The notes beneath the pieces were generated by a model that saw nothing but the letters and a program-made list of their open reading frames with translations, was not told where the DNA came from and did not search any database. Source: Gammaproteobacteria bacterium (GTDB lineage: Bacteria; Pseudomonadota; Gammaproteobacteria; GCA-001735895). From it: a DNA stretch of 64,000 bases. Where the stretch lies: the NCBI GenBank assembly GCA_014382695.1, contig JACNJF010000194.1, positions 861-64,860 of the forward strand, in the 5' to 3' direction. The translations under genes were made by a program, and so were the position numbers. This document shows positions 17,757 through 29,474 of the stretch, piece after piece (the first letter of the stretch is position 1; every line of letters starts with the position of its first letter).

Positions 17757-19847
17757 TTGGAAAGCGCTAATATCCTGATCGTAGAAGATGACCTTTTCGA
17801 GGCAGAGCATCTTAAACTACACCTGCAACAGGCAGGTCATCATATCGTAGATATCCTCAGCTCTGGCGAAGAAGCTATCGCCAGAGTTAACCACAATGGG
17901 ATCGATATCATGTTGGTGGATATCGTACTATCCGGAGAGCTGGATGGTATCGAGGCGGTACAACAAATCCGTAATAAACAGGATATTCCTGTCATTTTTC
18001 TGACCGCACATGTGAATGCTGATTTGCTGTTAAGGGCAGAACGAGCACGACCTTTCGCTTATCTACTCAAGCCCTATCGTCAGCTTGAGCTCGAATTCAT
18101 GATTAACATGAGTCTGGCCCGGAAGCGCGTTGAACAGGAATTGGCAACCCAGAAAGATCTGGCTGAAGCTGAATTACGTCAGGCTCAGGCCATTATTCAT
18201 CATACCAATGAAGGGGTGATGATTACGAACTCAGAAAGAATTATTATGTTCGTAAATCCGGCATTCAGCCGGATCACAGGTTATGAGCTGGATGACTGTA
18301 TCGGACAGAAAACGAGCATTCTGAATTCAGGCCGGCATGATGATGCGTTTTATGCCGATATCTGGTTTTCCATAGAGCATTACGGTCACTGGCAGGGTGA
18401 GCTATGGAACCGGCGTAAAAATGGTGAAATTTATCCGGAATGGTTGACGATAAATCCTATAGCTGAGCGTGATGGCAGTATCCGTCGTTATGTGGGTATC
18501 TTTTCTGATATCTCCAGCATCAAGCAGTCTGAAGCGGAGCTGGAACATCTCGCGCATCACGACCCGCTGACCAATCTGCCCAATCGCCTGTTATTGATGA
18601 CACGATTGCGCTATTCGCTACGCACCGCTTCCCGTCACCGACTGATGTGTGCGGTGCTGTATATCGATCTGGATCGTTTCAAGTTGATCAATGACAGCCT
18701 CGGGCATGAAATCGGGGATGTGGTTTTACAGACGGTTGCACGGCGATTCGAGAATCAGGTGCGCGAAGCCGATATGGTGGCACGTCTGGGCGGTGATGAA
18801 TTCGTGGTACTGCTGGAAGGCATCACTGATCCGGTCGATGCTTCGCTGATTGCACAAAAAATCATTCAGTCTCTGGAGCAACCGGTGATGGTGAATGACC
18901 ATCGTTTTTCGATCAGTTGCTCCATCGGTATTGCGATTTACCCGAAGGATGGGAATACGGTGGAGGACCTGTTACGTGATGCCGATTCGGCCATGTATCA
19001 GGCCAAAAAAATGGGTATGAACAATATCGTTTTTTACACCGAAGATATGACGCGTAAGGCTTATCGACGCATCAAACTCTACAGTGAGTTACGTCAGGCG
19101 CTGGTTAATCAGGAATTCAGACTCCATTATCAACCCCAGATCAATATGAAGTCAGCCAGCTTAATCGGGGTAGAAGCCCTGATCCGCTGGAAGCATCCTG
19201 AGAAAGGATTGATGGGGCCGAAGCATTTTATCCAGGAAGCCGAAGATACCGGACTGATCATTCCGATTGGAATATGGGTGTTGCAACAGGCCTGCCGGGA
19301 TATGAAGTCCTGGCTCGATAAGGGCCTGAAGTTTGGACGCGTATCGGTGAATGTCGCCGGTCCGCAGCTACAACGTGGTGATTTACTAACCGTGGTGAAT
19401 ATGGCGCTGGCAAAAGCGGAATTAAAACCGCAGTATCTGGAACTGGAGCTGACCGAGACCTATGCCATGGAACTGATAGAATCGCATCTACAGACACTCA
19501 ATGACCTCAACACCATGGGCGTCAGCATCGCTATCGACGATTTCGGTACCGGCACATCATCACTGAGTAAGCTGAAAAATCTGCACATCGACAAACTCAA
19601 GATTGATCGCTCATTTGTCACCGATATCCCGATGGATAAAAACGATGAAGCGATTACCCGTGCAATTATCGGGATGAGTCACACGCTGGGTCTGAGTGTG
19701 ATCGCGGAAGGGGTCGAGACGAAATCACAGGAACAGTTTCTGATTCGTGAAAACTGCCTGTTTGCTCAGGGCTTTCTATACAGCAAGCCGCTCAATATTA
19801 TTGAATTTGAAAAATTTGCGGCGAAATACAATCCACTACCGGATTGA
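17757..19847 (+). CDS. REC - PAS - GGDEF - EAL protein
   Basis: ILIVEDD receiver. PAS (ITGYELDDCIGQ). RLGGDEF with READ I-site. EAL motifs EALIRW, DDFGTGTSS, EGVE. Confidence 0.9.
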   Translation: MESANILIVEDDLFEAEHLKLHLQQAGHHIVDILSSGEEAIARVNHNGIDIMLVDIVLSGELDGIEAVQQIRNKQDIPVIFLTAHVNADLLLRAERARPFAYLLKPYRQLELEFMINMSLARKRVEQELATQKDLAEAELRQAQAIIHHTNEGVMITNSERIIMFVNPAFSRITGYELDDCIGQKTSILNSGRHDDAFYADIWFSIEHYGHWQGELWNRRKNGEIYPEWLTINPIAERDGSIRRYVGIFSDISSIKQSEAELEHLAHHDPLTNLPNRLLLMTRLRYSLRTASRHRLMCAVLYIDLDRFKLINDSLGHEIGDVVLQTVARRFENQVREADMVARLGGDEFVVLLEGITDPVDASLIAQKIIQSLEQPVMVNDHRFSISCSIGIAIYPKDGNTVEDLLRDADSAMYQAKKMGMNNIVFYTEDMTRKAYRRIKLYSELRQALVNQEFRLHYQPQINMKSASLIGVEALIRWKHPEKGLMGPKHFIQEAEDTGLIIPIGIWVLQQACRDMKSWLDKGLKFGRVSVNVAGPQLQRGDLLTVVNMALAKAELKPQYLELELTETYAMELIESHLQTLNDLNTMGVSIAIDDFGTGTSSLSKLKNLHIDKLKIDRSFVTDIPMDKNDEAITRAIIGMSHTLGLSVIAEGVETKSQEQFLIRENCLFAQGFLYSKPLNIIEFEKFAAKYNPLPD

Positions 19848-20489
19848 AAAATTTGTAAGCAGTGTTTCAAACTCTGCCCGCGTTATATCGACGGCCCCCA
19901 TGTTGACCAGATGGCGAGTATTCATCTGACAGTCGATGATCCGATACAGGCCTGACTCCACCAGCGCTTTGAGACAGCATTTAGACGCGTTTTCGGCATG
20001 GCTGAACATCGATTCACCATAGAAAAACTGCCCGATCGCAACCCCATATAGCCCCCCCACCAGTATCTTGTCGGCACTCCAGCATTCATAGGAGTGCGCA
20101 TAACCAGCGTTGAATAGCGCGCTATAGGCATCGATCATGGCTGGGCTAATCCAGCTGCGCGGTTGATTCTTGCGCGGTTCTGAGCAGGCTTGCATCACAG
20201 CGCGAAAGCTCTGGTCGCGGGTAATCAGATAGGGTGACTTTTTGAGGAATTTCCGAAACGAGCGGTTGATGTGAAAATTCTGTGGAAACAGCACCGTGCG
20301 CGGAGCCGGTGACCACCACAGTATCGGTTCATGTTCATTGAACCAGGGGAAAATGCCGTGTCCGTAGGCTTCCAGCAACCACTCTACATTCAGCTGTCCA
20401 CCGGCGGCCAGCAGGCCATTCGGTTCCGTTAGTGCGCTGCCGGTGGGCGGAAAGTGCGCAGCTGATAGCGGGTTCAGCCAGGGGATCAA
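19836..20489 (-). CDS. aat: leucyl/phenylalanyl-tRNA--protein transferase
   Basis: Colinear with E. coli Aat (NGLLA.GG.L....LL.AY..GIFPWF....PILWWSP.PR.VL; GGLYGVAIGQFFYGESMFS; NASK). Confidence 0.92.
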   Translation of the reverse strand: MIPWLNPLSAAHFPPTGSALTEPNGLLAAGGQLNVEWLLEAYGHGIFPWFNEHEPILWWSPAPRTVLFPQNFHINRSFRKFLKKSPYLITRDQSFRAVMQACSEPRKNQPRSWISPAMIDAYSALFNAGYAHSYECWSADKILVGGLYGVAIGQFFYGESMFSHAENASKCCLKALVESGLYRIIDCQMNTRHLVNMGAVDITRAEFETLLTNFSIR

Positions 20490-21637
20490 GCGTTTTTCCG
20501 GTAGGGCGATTTTGCCAGCATTTCGGTACAGTACTGATCGATATACTGTTCTTCCTGTTGCAGGTAATGGCCAATGGCCTGCTGAAACTGTTGGTCGACA
20601 AACCAGTGTGCGGAACAGGTGCGTTGTGGCAGAAAACCACGACTGATCTTATGCTCACCCTGAGCGCCCGGATCAAAATGCTGCAGCCTGTTTTCGATAC
20701 AGAAATCGATGCCCTGATAGTAACAGCACTCAAAATGCAGATGGTTGTAATACTCTTCGCAGCCCCATAGACGACCGTACAGCGTGCTGTCGCTAACGAA
20801 AAACAGCGAAGCGGCAATGATCTCTTCCTGCTTTAGTGCCAGCACCACCATTACCCGCTGTTTCAGTGCCCGACCGATGCGACGGAAAAAATCTTCACTG
20901 AGGGTGGCGGTTCCATATTTACGCTGAAAAATGCCGGCGTAGAGTTGATGTACTCTGTGCCATTCGGCATCCGTTAGCTGATCCCCGTATTTGCGGCAGA
21001 TGGTGAGGTCTTCAGCGGCTACGGCAGCCCGTTCCTTGCGGATATTTTTACGCTTTCTGGAGCTCAGTTGTGCCAGGAAGTCAGCAAAGTTCTGGTAACT
21101 TTGGTTATGCCAGTGATACTGACAGTCATAGCGCAGCAGCAGTTGATGATTGGTAAACGATTTCACAATGCTTTCCCGTTCAAACAGTAAATGCCAGCCA
21201 CTAAGTTGATGAGTCTGGCAAAACTGCTGGATCAGTTGAATCAGTTGCAGCCTCAACTGATGCGCCTGTTGCGCATCACTAATCTGCCGGTGAATCAGAA
21301 AGCGTGGGCCGGTGGCCGGTGTATAGGGGATGGCGGTCACCAGTTTTGGATAATAGTTCTGGCCCGAGCGTTCGTAAGCCTGGGCCCAGGTGTGATCGAA
21401 CACCAGTTCGCCATACGAGTTGGACTTGATGTAGCAGGGTGTCGCCGCAAGCAGCGAAGCGCCATCATGCAGTAGAAAGTAAACCGGCTGCCAGCCGTAT
21501 TCGAGCAGACAGTGGTGCTGTTCCAGCGCCAGCAGAAACTCATGCCGGGTAAACGGGTAATCAGCCTCACCGAGTTGATTCCATTCGCTTTCTTCAATCT
21601 CGGTCAGGCTCTGTTTTATCGTTACCTCAAGCTTCAT
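20486..21637 (-). CDS. FemAB-like / DUF482 (Acetyltransf_6-type GNAT-fold) protein, 383 aa
   Basis: N-terminus (EWNQL...PF.RHEFL.ALE.....GW.P) and overall size are typical of PF04339-type proteins. 4-nt overlap with aat start. Confidence 0.65.
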   Translation of the reverse strand: MKLEVTIKQSLTEIEESEWNQLGEADYPFTRHEFLLALEQHHCLLEYGWQPVYFLLHDGASLLAATPCYIKSNSYGELVFDHTWAQAYERSGQNYYPKLVTAIPYTPATGPRFLIHRQISDAQQAHQLRLQLIQLIQQFCQTHQLSGWHLLFERESIVKSFTNHQLLLRYDCQYHWHNQSYQNFADFLAQLSSRKRKNIRKERAAVAAEDLTICRKYGDQLTDAEWHRVHQLYAGIFQRKYGTATLSEDFFRRIGRALKQRVMVVLALKQEEIIAASLFFVSDSTLYGRLWGCEEYYNHLHFECCYYQGIDFCIENRLQHFDPGAQGEHKISRGFLPQRTCSAHWFVDQQFQQAIGHYLQQEEQYIDQYCTEMLAKSPYRKNA

Positions 21638-21689
21638 GTAGGCTCTGGCTCACACTCGGTAGATGGCATTCCCCGGGCTAATTCGCGGC

Positions 21690-22688
<999 letters not shown>

Positions 22689-22857
22689 TTACATCAAAAA
22701 GCCGGCCGTATTGTGGTGAAATTTATAGGAAAATCAGGGTGAGATTTATTTAATACCCAAGTATCAAATTGCAAGGTTTCGTTTTGGGCGGGTTACTGTA
22801 AAATGATGCGAATTCGAGATGTAATCTTTCCCACTTCTATCCAGCATAAGGTCCACT

Positions 22858-25191
22858 TTGGCACAGGCAAAAGCAAAACCCCCGGTTAATTCGCAGGCAG
22901 ACGGCCAGATTCTGAGCAGTCAGTTTGATCAGCGCCTGCGTGAAGCTGGCATGCTGATCTCGTTTGCGCTGGCGATCTATATGCTGGTTGCACTGCTCAG
23001 CTATGATCCGGCCGATGCGGCGTGGTCGCATAGCGGACTGAATCAGCGTGCCACCAATTTTGGCGGTTCGGCGGGTGCCTGGCTATCCGATCTGCTGCTG
23101 TATCTGTTCGGTTATATGGCCCTGCTGCTGCCGGTGATGCTGTTTTATAACGGCTTCATTCTAGTGCGTGCAAAAATCAGCAGTGCTGAAGACCGTTATC
23201 AGATGCTGGCGGTGCGCTGGAGCGGATTTGCGCTGACCCTGATCTCCGGCTGCGCGCTGTCCAGCCTGCATTTTGCAATGGATAAATCGATGATGCCGCT
23301 GGATGCTGGTGGCATTCTGGGTCAGCTGGCGGGGCATAATTTTTCTCTTAGCATGGGTTTTCTGGGCGCGACCGTGCTCCATCTGGCGCTGTTTTTGTCC
23401 GGTCTCACCCTGTTTACGGGCCTGTCCTGGCTGGCGGTTCTGGATTATACGGGGAAGGGGACTCTGCGCGCTTTTGACTGGTTGAGCGATCAGTATTACC
23501 TTCTCAAGGATAGGCGTATCGGCAGTAAGCTACGTCATCAACGGGAACAGATTTTTACTGAGCATCTTCTGAAAAAGGAAACGCGCAAGCCAGTACGCAT
23601 CGAACCGGTGGTGAAACAGCTGGAACCGAGTGAGCGGGTGCTTAAGGAGCAACAGATTCCGCTATTCAATAAGTCCGATAATGAAAGCTTTATGCCATCG
23701 CTGTCACTGCTGGACAACCCGCCACCGCGTACCCAGGGCTATAGCCCGGAAGCGCTGATGGCGATGTCACAGCAGCTCGAATCCAAGCTGCTGGATTTTG
23801 GTATCGAGATTCAGGTTGAGTCGGTTCATCCCGGCCCGGTTATCACGCGTTTTGAAATCATGCCGGCGGCAGGGGTCAAGGTCAGTCAGATCTCCAATCT
23901 GGCAAAGGATCTGGCGCGATCACTTTCAGTGATTGCGGTCCGTGTGGTGGAAGTCATTCCGGGTAAATCGGTGATGGGGCTGGAGATACCCAACGAGCAT
24001 CGTGAAATCGTGGTACTCAGCGAGATTCTAAAGTCGAAAGCCTACGATCAATCACACTCGCCTTTGACACTCGCGCTGGGCAAGGATATCGGTGGTGAAG
24101 CGGTGGTAGCGGATCTGGCCAAAATGCCGCATTTGCTGGTGGCGGGTACCACCGGTTCCGGTAAGTCGGTGGCGGTGAACGCAATGCTGCTAAGCCTGCT
24201 GTTCAAGTCTACTCCGGAGCAGGTGCGGCTGATCATGATCGATCCGAAGATGCTGGAGCTGAGCGTGTACGATGGCATTCCGCATCTACTGGCTCCGGTG
24301 GTGACCGACATGAAGGATGCGGCGAATGGTCTGCGCTGGTGTGTAGCGGAGATGGAACGGCGCTACAAATTGATGTCCGCTCTCGGTGTGCGCAATATCG
24401 CGGGCTATAACAAAAAGGTTAAAGATGCCATCGCTGCGGGTGAACCGATCAAAGATCCGCTGTTTAATCGCGAGCAGGCGATGTTGATGAATCCGGATGC
24501 CGTACCGGAAGATCTGGACAAGCTGCCTTATATTGTGGTTGTGGTGGATGAGTTTGCCGACATGATGATGGTGGTGGGCAAGAAGGTGGAAGAGTTGATC
24601 GCGCGTCTGGCGCAAAAGGCACGTGCTTCTGGTATCCATCTGATACTGGCCACCCAGCGTCCGTCGGTGGATGTGATCACCGGCCTGATTAAATCGAATA
24701 TCCCGACCCGTATTGCGTTTCAGGTCTCATCCAAGATCGACTCACGCACGATACTGGATCAGATGGGCGCGGAAAACCTGCTCGGGCATGGCGATATGCT
24801 CTATCTGCCACCCGGTACCAGCCTGCCGGAACGTATCCACGGTGCGTTTGTGGATGATCATGAAGTTCATGATGTGGTCGCTGAAATCAAGAAGCAGGGG
24901 AAACCAAACTACGTGGAAGGGGTCTTACAGGAGCAGACTGCTCCGGTGTTACCGGGAGAAGTCGGTCAGGATTCGACCGGTGCCGATCAGGATGCGCTGT
25001 ACGATGAAGCGGTCGCAATCGTGACGGAAACCCGTAAGGCATCGATTTCGTATGTGCAGCGTCGCCTCAAGATTGGCTATAACCGGGCGGCTCGTATGAT
25101 TGAAGAAATGGAAGCCTCTGGAGTCGTGACTCCGGTGCAGTCGAATGGCAGTCGTGAAGTGCTGGCGCCTGCGCCACCCTCTATGGATTAA
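22858..25191 (+). CDS. ftsK: DNA translocase FtsK
   Basis: N-terminal TM helices. Motor domain with Walker [11 protein letters not shown]-rich linker. C-terminal gamma (KOPS-binding wHTH) domain. The annotated start is a TTG, so the true start is uncertain. Confidence 0.95.
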   Translation: MAQAKAKPPVNSQADGQILSSQFDQRLREAGMLISFALAIYMLVALLSYDPADAAWSHSGLNQRATNFGGSAGAWLSDLLLYLFGYMALLLPVMLFYNGFILVRAKISSAEDRYQMLAVRWSGFALTLISGCALSSLHFAMDKSMMPLDAGGILGQLAGHNFSLSMGFLGATVLHLALFLSGLTLFTGLSWLAVLDYTGKGTLRAFDWLSDQYYLLKDRRIGSKLRHQREQIFTEHLLKKETRKPVRIEPVVKQLEPSERVLKEQQIPLFNKSDNESFMPSLSLLDNPPPRTQGYSPEALMAMSQQLESKLLDFGIEIQVESVHPGPVITRFEIMPAAGVKVSQISNLAKDLARSLSVIAVRVVEVIPGKSVMGLEIPNEHREIVVLSEILKSKAYDQSHSPLTLALGKDIGGEAVVADLAKMPHLLVAGTTGSGKSVAVNAMLLSLLFKSTPEQVRLIMIDPKMLELSVYDGIPHLLAPVVTDMKDAANGLRWCVAEMERRYKLMSALGVRNIAGYNKKVKDAIAAGEPIKDPLFNREQAMLMNPDAVPEDLDKLPYIVVVVDEFADMMMVVGKKVEELIARLAQKARASGIHLILATQRPSVDVITGLIKSNIPTRIAFQVSSKIDSRTILDQMGAENLLGHGDMLYLPPGTSLPERIHGAFVDDHEVHDVVAEIKKQGKPNYVEGVLQEQTAPVLPGEVGQDSTGADQDALYDEAVAIVTETRKASISYVQRRLKIGYNRAARMIEEMEASGVVTPVQSNGSREVLAPAPPSMD

Positions 25192-25194
25192 CCC

Positions 25195-25836
25195 TTGAAT
25201 ATTAAAACCATGAAAAATAGTTTAGTGATGTTAATGAGCCTGCTGCCAGCATTATCTTTGCCAGTGAGCGCGACAGAAGTTGAAGACCGGCTGAACCGTG
25301 CCATGGCTTCGCTCGATAATCTGCAGGCTGAGTTCAAACAGACTCTGATTGATGACAATAAGAAGATAGTGCAGCAGTCGATGGGGCGGGTTTCGATCCA
25401 GCGCCCTGGTAAATTCCTATGGATCTATGAACAGCCCTACGAGCAGCAGATCATTGCCGATGGTAAAGAGTTATGGGTCTACGATGTGGATCTGGATCAG
25501 GCCACGGTGAAGCCGATGGAAGCAGGGCTGGCTTCGGCACCGATCATGGTGTTGATGAAGCAGCAAAAGGTCGAAACCGAATTCGATGTGAGTGAAGTCG
25601 GTCAGCACAAATACCTGTACTGGATTGAGCTGACGCCGAAGAACACGGATATGGAATACACCCGAATCTATATCGGAATGGAGAATGAAACCATCAAGGC
25701 ATTGGAGTTGCGTGACAGCTTCGGTCAGAGTACCCAGATCGTGTTTGAGAATCAGCGCAATAATGTAATTTTCAAGCCGGATACCTTCAAGTTTGTGCCG
25801 CCTGCCGGAGTCGATGTGTTCGGGGTCGGTGGTTAA
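25195..25836 (+). CDS. lolA: outer-membrane lipoprotein carrier protein
   Basis: Signal peptide. LolA-like pattern (F.Q......K......G.......PGKF.W.Y..PYEQ.I..DGK.LWVYD.DL.Q). Conserved ftsK-lolA-rarA synteny. Confidence 0.85.
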   Translation: MNIKTMKNSLVMLMSLLPALSLPVSATEVEDRLNRAMASLDNLQAEFKQTLIDDNKKIVQQSMGRVSIQRPGKFLWIYEQPYEQQIIADGKELWVYDVDLDQATVKPMEAGLASAPIMVLMKQQKVETEFDVSEVGQHKYLYWIELTPKNTDMEYTRIYIGMENETIKALELRDSFGQSTQIVFENQRNNVIFKPDTFKFVPPAGVDVFGVGG

Positions 25837-25842
25837 GCCTCT

Positions 25843-27150
25843 GTGATGCAGGATCTGTTTGCCGTCGAGCATGCCTATCAGCCTCTGGCGGATCGTATGC
25901 GACCGCAGAATCTGCAACAGATGATCGGGCAGTCGCATCTGCTGGCGGCAGGAAAACCACTGCGCCAGGCGATAGAATCCGGGAAACTGCATTCGATGCT
26001 GTTCTGGGGACCTCCCGGCACCGGCAAGACCACCCTGGCCAGGCTGATCGCGCGCTACAGTGATGCTCAGTTTCTATCGGTATCAGCCGTGTTATCCGGC
26101 GTTAAGGACATCCGAGCAGCGGTCGATCAGGCCAGACAGTTCAGCGGTTTAACGGTTTTGTTTGTAGATGAGGTACACCGCTTTAATAAATCCCAGCAGG
26201 ATGCCTTTCTGCCGCATATCGAAGATGGCACCCTGATTTTTGTTGGGGCCACCACTGAAAACCCTTCGTTCGAGCTGAACAATGCGTTGTTATCGCGAAC
26301 TCGAACCTATCTGCTGAAGTCTTTCACGGAAGCGGAGCTATCGGCACTGGTGGATATGGCTTTGCAGGACAGTGAACGCGGTCTCGGCCAGTTACAGTTA
26401 AACATAGCAGATGATGCACGCGCGCTGCTGATCCGAGCTGCCGATGGCGATGCACGGCGTGTGCTGACCTTTCTTGAGATACTGGCCGATCTTGAAATCG
26501 ATGGACAGATCGGCGCAGAGCAGGTGTCCGAAGTGGTCAGTCATGGGCATCGACGGTTTGATAACAAGGGCGATATCTTCTATGAGCAGATCTCCGCGTT
26601 ACATAAGTCGGTACGCGGATCCGATCCAGATGCCGCGCTCTACTGGTTATGCCGGATGCTGGATGGCGGCTGCGACCCGCTGTATATCGCGCGCCGGGTG
26701 GTGCGTATGGCTTCAGAAGATATTGGCAATGCCGATCCGCGCGCTCTTGAAATCAGTCTCAATGCCTGGTCCTGTTTTGAGCGACTGGGTAGTCCGGAAG
26801 GTGATCTGGCGATTGCCCATGCGGTGATTTATCTGGCCTGTGCGGCGAAGAGTAATGCGGTATACAATGCTTTCAAACAGGCCATGAGTGCGGCGCGCGA
26901 AACCGGCAGTCTGGATGTGCCTGCGCATCTGCGCAATGCGCCCACGCAGTTTATGAAGGAACTGGGTTACGGGAAGGATTATCGTTATGCCCACGATGAA
27001 ATGGAAGCCTTTGCGGCTGGAGAAAAATATTTTCCGGATGAGATGCCTGTATCTCATTACTATCAGCCGGTCGAGCGTGGACTGGAAACTCGAATTGCAG
27101 AAAAACTACGTTATCTGCGCAACCTGAATAAACAACATGATGTTGAATAA
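25843..27150 (+). CDS. rarA: replication-associated recombination protein A (AAA+ ATPase)
   Basis: [15 protein letters not shown] Walker [12 protein letters not shown] Walker B. MgsA C-terminal domain. Conserved synteny. Confidence 0.95.
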   Translation: MMQDLFAVEHAYQPLADRMRPQNLQQMIGQSHLLAAGKPLRQAIESGKLHSMLFWGPPGTGKTTLARLIARYSDAQFLSVSAVLSGVKDIRAAVDQARQFSGLTVLFVDEVHRFNKSQQDAFLPHIEDGTLIFVGATTENPSFELNNALLSRTRTYLLKSFTEAELSALVDMALQDSERGLGQLQLNIADDARALLIRAADGDARRVLTFLEILADLEIDGQIGAEQVSEVVSHGHRRFDNKGDIFYEQISALHKSVRGSDPDAALYWLCRMLDGGCDPLYIARRVVRMASEDIGNADPRALEISLNAWSCFERLGSPEGDLAIAHAVIYLACAAKSNAVYNAFKQAMSAARETGSLDVPAHLRNAPTQFMKELGYGKDYRYAHDEMEAFAAGEKYFPDEMPVSHYYQPVERGLETRIAEKLRYLRNLNKQHDVE

Positions 27151-27739
27151 ACCCTTTTCTGAATCCTGTGAGCAAAACAGGCTGCCCATCCGACAGGTAC
27201 TGGAACGCTATCTGGAAGGCCGTCGTACGCTACTGGAAATTGGCAGTGGTACCGGTCAGCATGCCATCTATTTCGCTACTGAGTTTCCAGCTCTGGTCTG
27301 GCAAACCAGTGATCTTGCGGAAAATCATTCGGGCATTGCGGCCTGGATCAAGGATAGCGGTCTTTACAACGTGCTATATCCACTGACACTCGATGCAGGC
27401 AGCGACTGGCCGGATCAGCAATATGATCTGTTGTTTTCGGCAAACACGCTGCATATCATGTCGCAATCGGCTGCTGAGCAGTTCATGCGCAGGGTTTCCG
27501 GCTGTATGCATGCGCAATCTGTGCTGCTGCTGTATGGACCGTTTAATTATCAGAATCTTTATACCTCAGACAGTAATGCACGCTTCGATCAGTGGTTGAA
27601 GCAGCGTGACCCTGCCAGCGGAATAAAAAACTTTGAATGGCTAAAAGACATAGCCGATCAGTCTGGTTTAGAATGCACGGAAGATTTCGCGATGCCCGCC
27701 AATAATCGACTGTTGGTATGGCAAAAAACAGGCGGTTGA
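27137..27739 (+). CDS. class I SAM-dependent methyltransferase, DUF938 family
   Basis: [10 protein letters not shown] glycine-rich SAM motif. Length and overall pattern typical of DUF938 proteins. Confidence 0.7.
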   Translation: MMLNKPFSESCEQNRLPIRQVLERYLEGRRTLLEIGSGTGQHAIYFATEFPALVWQTSDLAENHSGIAAWIKDSGLYNVLYPLTLDAGSDWPDQQYDLLFSANTLHIMSQSAAEQFMRRVSGCMHAQSVLLLYGPFNYQNLYTSDSNARFDQWLKQRDPASGIKNFEWLKDIADQSGLECTEDFAMPANNRLLVWQKTGG

Positions 27740-27822
27740 AAACCTTAAGAAACTAAATCAGGCATTGCAGGACTAATTATTTAATCGCTGTACTGTCCAT
27801 AGAATTTAACTAACTTTACTTA

Positions 27823-28575
27823 TTGAGAACCTCGATGAAACCTATAAAACTTTACTTAAGCGCTGGATTATTGTCCTGTATGTCGCTCGCTTTCGCAGCC
27901 GAAAACGCTCCGGCTCCAGATGTTGATATCACCCAGCTACTCAAATCCAGACTTGGTGATGCAGAGGTGAGCGTGGCTCAGAAAACCCCGGCTGAAGGCA
28001 TCTATCAGACCAGCTTCGGCTCCAAAATTGCCTACCTGACCGGGGATGGCCGTTTCGTCATTGTCGGCGATATGATTGATCTACAAACTCAGGTCAATCT
28101 GACCGAGCTTTCGCGCAGAACGGTAAGCAAAAACGCGATCGATAAATTTGCCACCTCTGATCTGGCCATTTTCCCATCCATGAAAGAAACCACCGCTGCG
28201 GTATTGAATATTTTTACCGACTCTTCCTGCCCATACTGCAAAAAGCTGCACGAAGAAGTGCCAGAGTTACAGAAGGCCGGAATTGAAGTACGTTATTTCC
28301 CGTTTCCGCGCGGTGGTAACAGAGGGCCTGGCTATCAGACATTGAAGCAGGTCTGGTGCGCTGAAGACCGGGCGGCGGGGATGGATATTGCAAAAGAAAC
28401 TGCTGTTGGTGAATTACCTCCAGGAACCTGTGAGAATGCCAAAATTGTTGATCGAGGCTACTTACTGGGTAATGAAGTGGGTGTGACCGGTACCCCGGCA
28501 CTTTTTACCGAGAATGGAAAGAAAATTGATGGCTATGTGCCCTATCAAAACCTTATCCCGATGGTATTAAATTAA
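27823..28575 (+). CDS. dsbC: periplasmic thiol:disulfide interchange protein, DsbC/DsbG family
   Basis: Signal peptide. N-terminal dimerisation domain. CPYC active site in a thioredoxin fold. cis-Pro region TGTPA. Confidence 0.85.
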   Translation: MRTSMKPIKLYLSAGLLSCMSLAFAAENAPAPDVDITQLLKSRLGDAEVSVAQKTPAEGIYQTSFGSKIAYLTGDGRFVIVGDMIDLQTQVNLTELSRRTVSKNAIDKFATSDLAIFPSMKETTAAVLNIFTDSSCPYCKKLHEEVPELQKAGIEVRYFPFPRGGNRGPGYQTLKQVWCAEDRAAGMDIAKETAVGELPPGTCENAKIVDRGYLLGNEVGVTGTPALFTENGKKIDGYVPYQNLIPMVLN

Positions 28576-28752
28576 TACTATCTTCAGCGTTTTGGGAGTC
28601 CCGGCGTTGTAAGCCGAGGCTCCTGAACGTTAATCAGATTTACTAATAACAAAATGTTCTTAATTTAATAAGCTTATTCGCATAACTTTGTAGCACATTA
28701 GCCTTATAAAAAGCACAATCTCAAAGCTACCGTTAATCACCGAGACAAAACT

Positions 28753-29136
28753 ATGCAGTCATCAGATGGTCGGCCGATCTATCTTGATTTAAAGAATATC
28801 AAACTTCCAATATCGGGCATTATTTCGATTATGCACCGTGCCTTTGGAATTATTCTTTCTTTCTCCATACCCGTTTTAACATATCTATTTACCCTCAGTT
28901 TGCAAAGTGAGGATGGCTTTAATCAGGTTGCAGGCATGCTTGATTCTGGCTGGTTGTTCCCCGTTTATTTTTTCTTTATCTGGTCCTTCGTACATCATCT
29001 GTTTGCCGGTATTCGCTACCTGCTGATCGATCTCGAGATCGGTGTCGAGAAGCAGATCGCTACGAAAAGTTCTCAGGTGGTTTTAGTCGCCGCTCTGGTG
29101 GTGTCTTTTCTGCTTACGCTGGGAGTGGTGCTATGA
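28753..29136 (+). CDS. sdhC: succinate dehydrogenase cytochrome b556 subunit
   Basis: Three TM helices. Haem-ligand His context. First gene of an sdhCDAB cluster with overlapping start and stop codons. Confidence 0.85.
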   Translation: MQSSDGRPIYLDLKNIKLPISGIISIMHRAFGIILSFSIPVLTYLFTLSLQSEDGFNQVAGMLDSGWLFPVYFFFIWSFVHHLFAGIRYLLIDLEIGVEKQIATKSSQVVLVAALVVSFLLTLGVVL

Positions 29137-29474
29137 GTGGTTTTTCAGGAATGCAGGCCTGGCTGCTACAGCGTTTTAGCGCCATCTATATCGTATTGTT
29201 TGCCATCATATTGACCATGATACTGTGGGGTGGTGAAGAATTAAGCTACCCCACCTGGGTGGCATTATTTGCCCAGCCATGGCTGCAGGTGATGTCGAGC
29301 CTGTTTGTGGTCGCGTTACTTTTTCATGCCTGGATCGGGCTAAGAGATGTCATCCTGGATTATATCAAACCCGTTGGAATCAAAATGCTGGTTATGTCGG
29401 CGATAGTTTTTATGCTGCTAGCATCAGGATTCTGGTTATTACGTGCACTGTTACTAGTTGAAGTGATCTCATGA
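29133..29474 (+). CDS. sdhD: succinate dehydrogenase hydrophobic membrane anchor subunit
   Basis: Three TM helices. Overlaps sdhC and sdhA by 4 nt each. Confidence 0.8.
   Translation: MSGFSGMQAWLLQRFSAIYIVLFAIILTMILWGGEELSYPTWVALFAQPWLQVMSSLFVVALLFHAWIGLRDVILDYIKPVGIKMLVMSAIVFMLLASGFWLLRALLLVEVIS

Noticed and set aside
20335-20817. 160-aa minus-strand ORF spanning the aat / FemAB-like gene junction
   Set aside because: Out of frame with both real genes and lacking homology. It is an overlap artefact created by the 4-nt coupling region.
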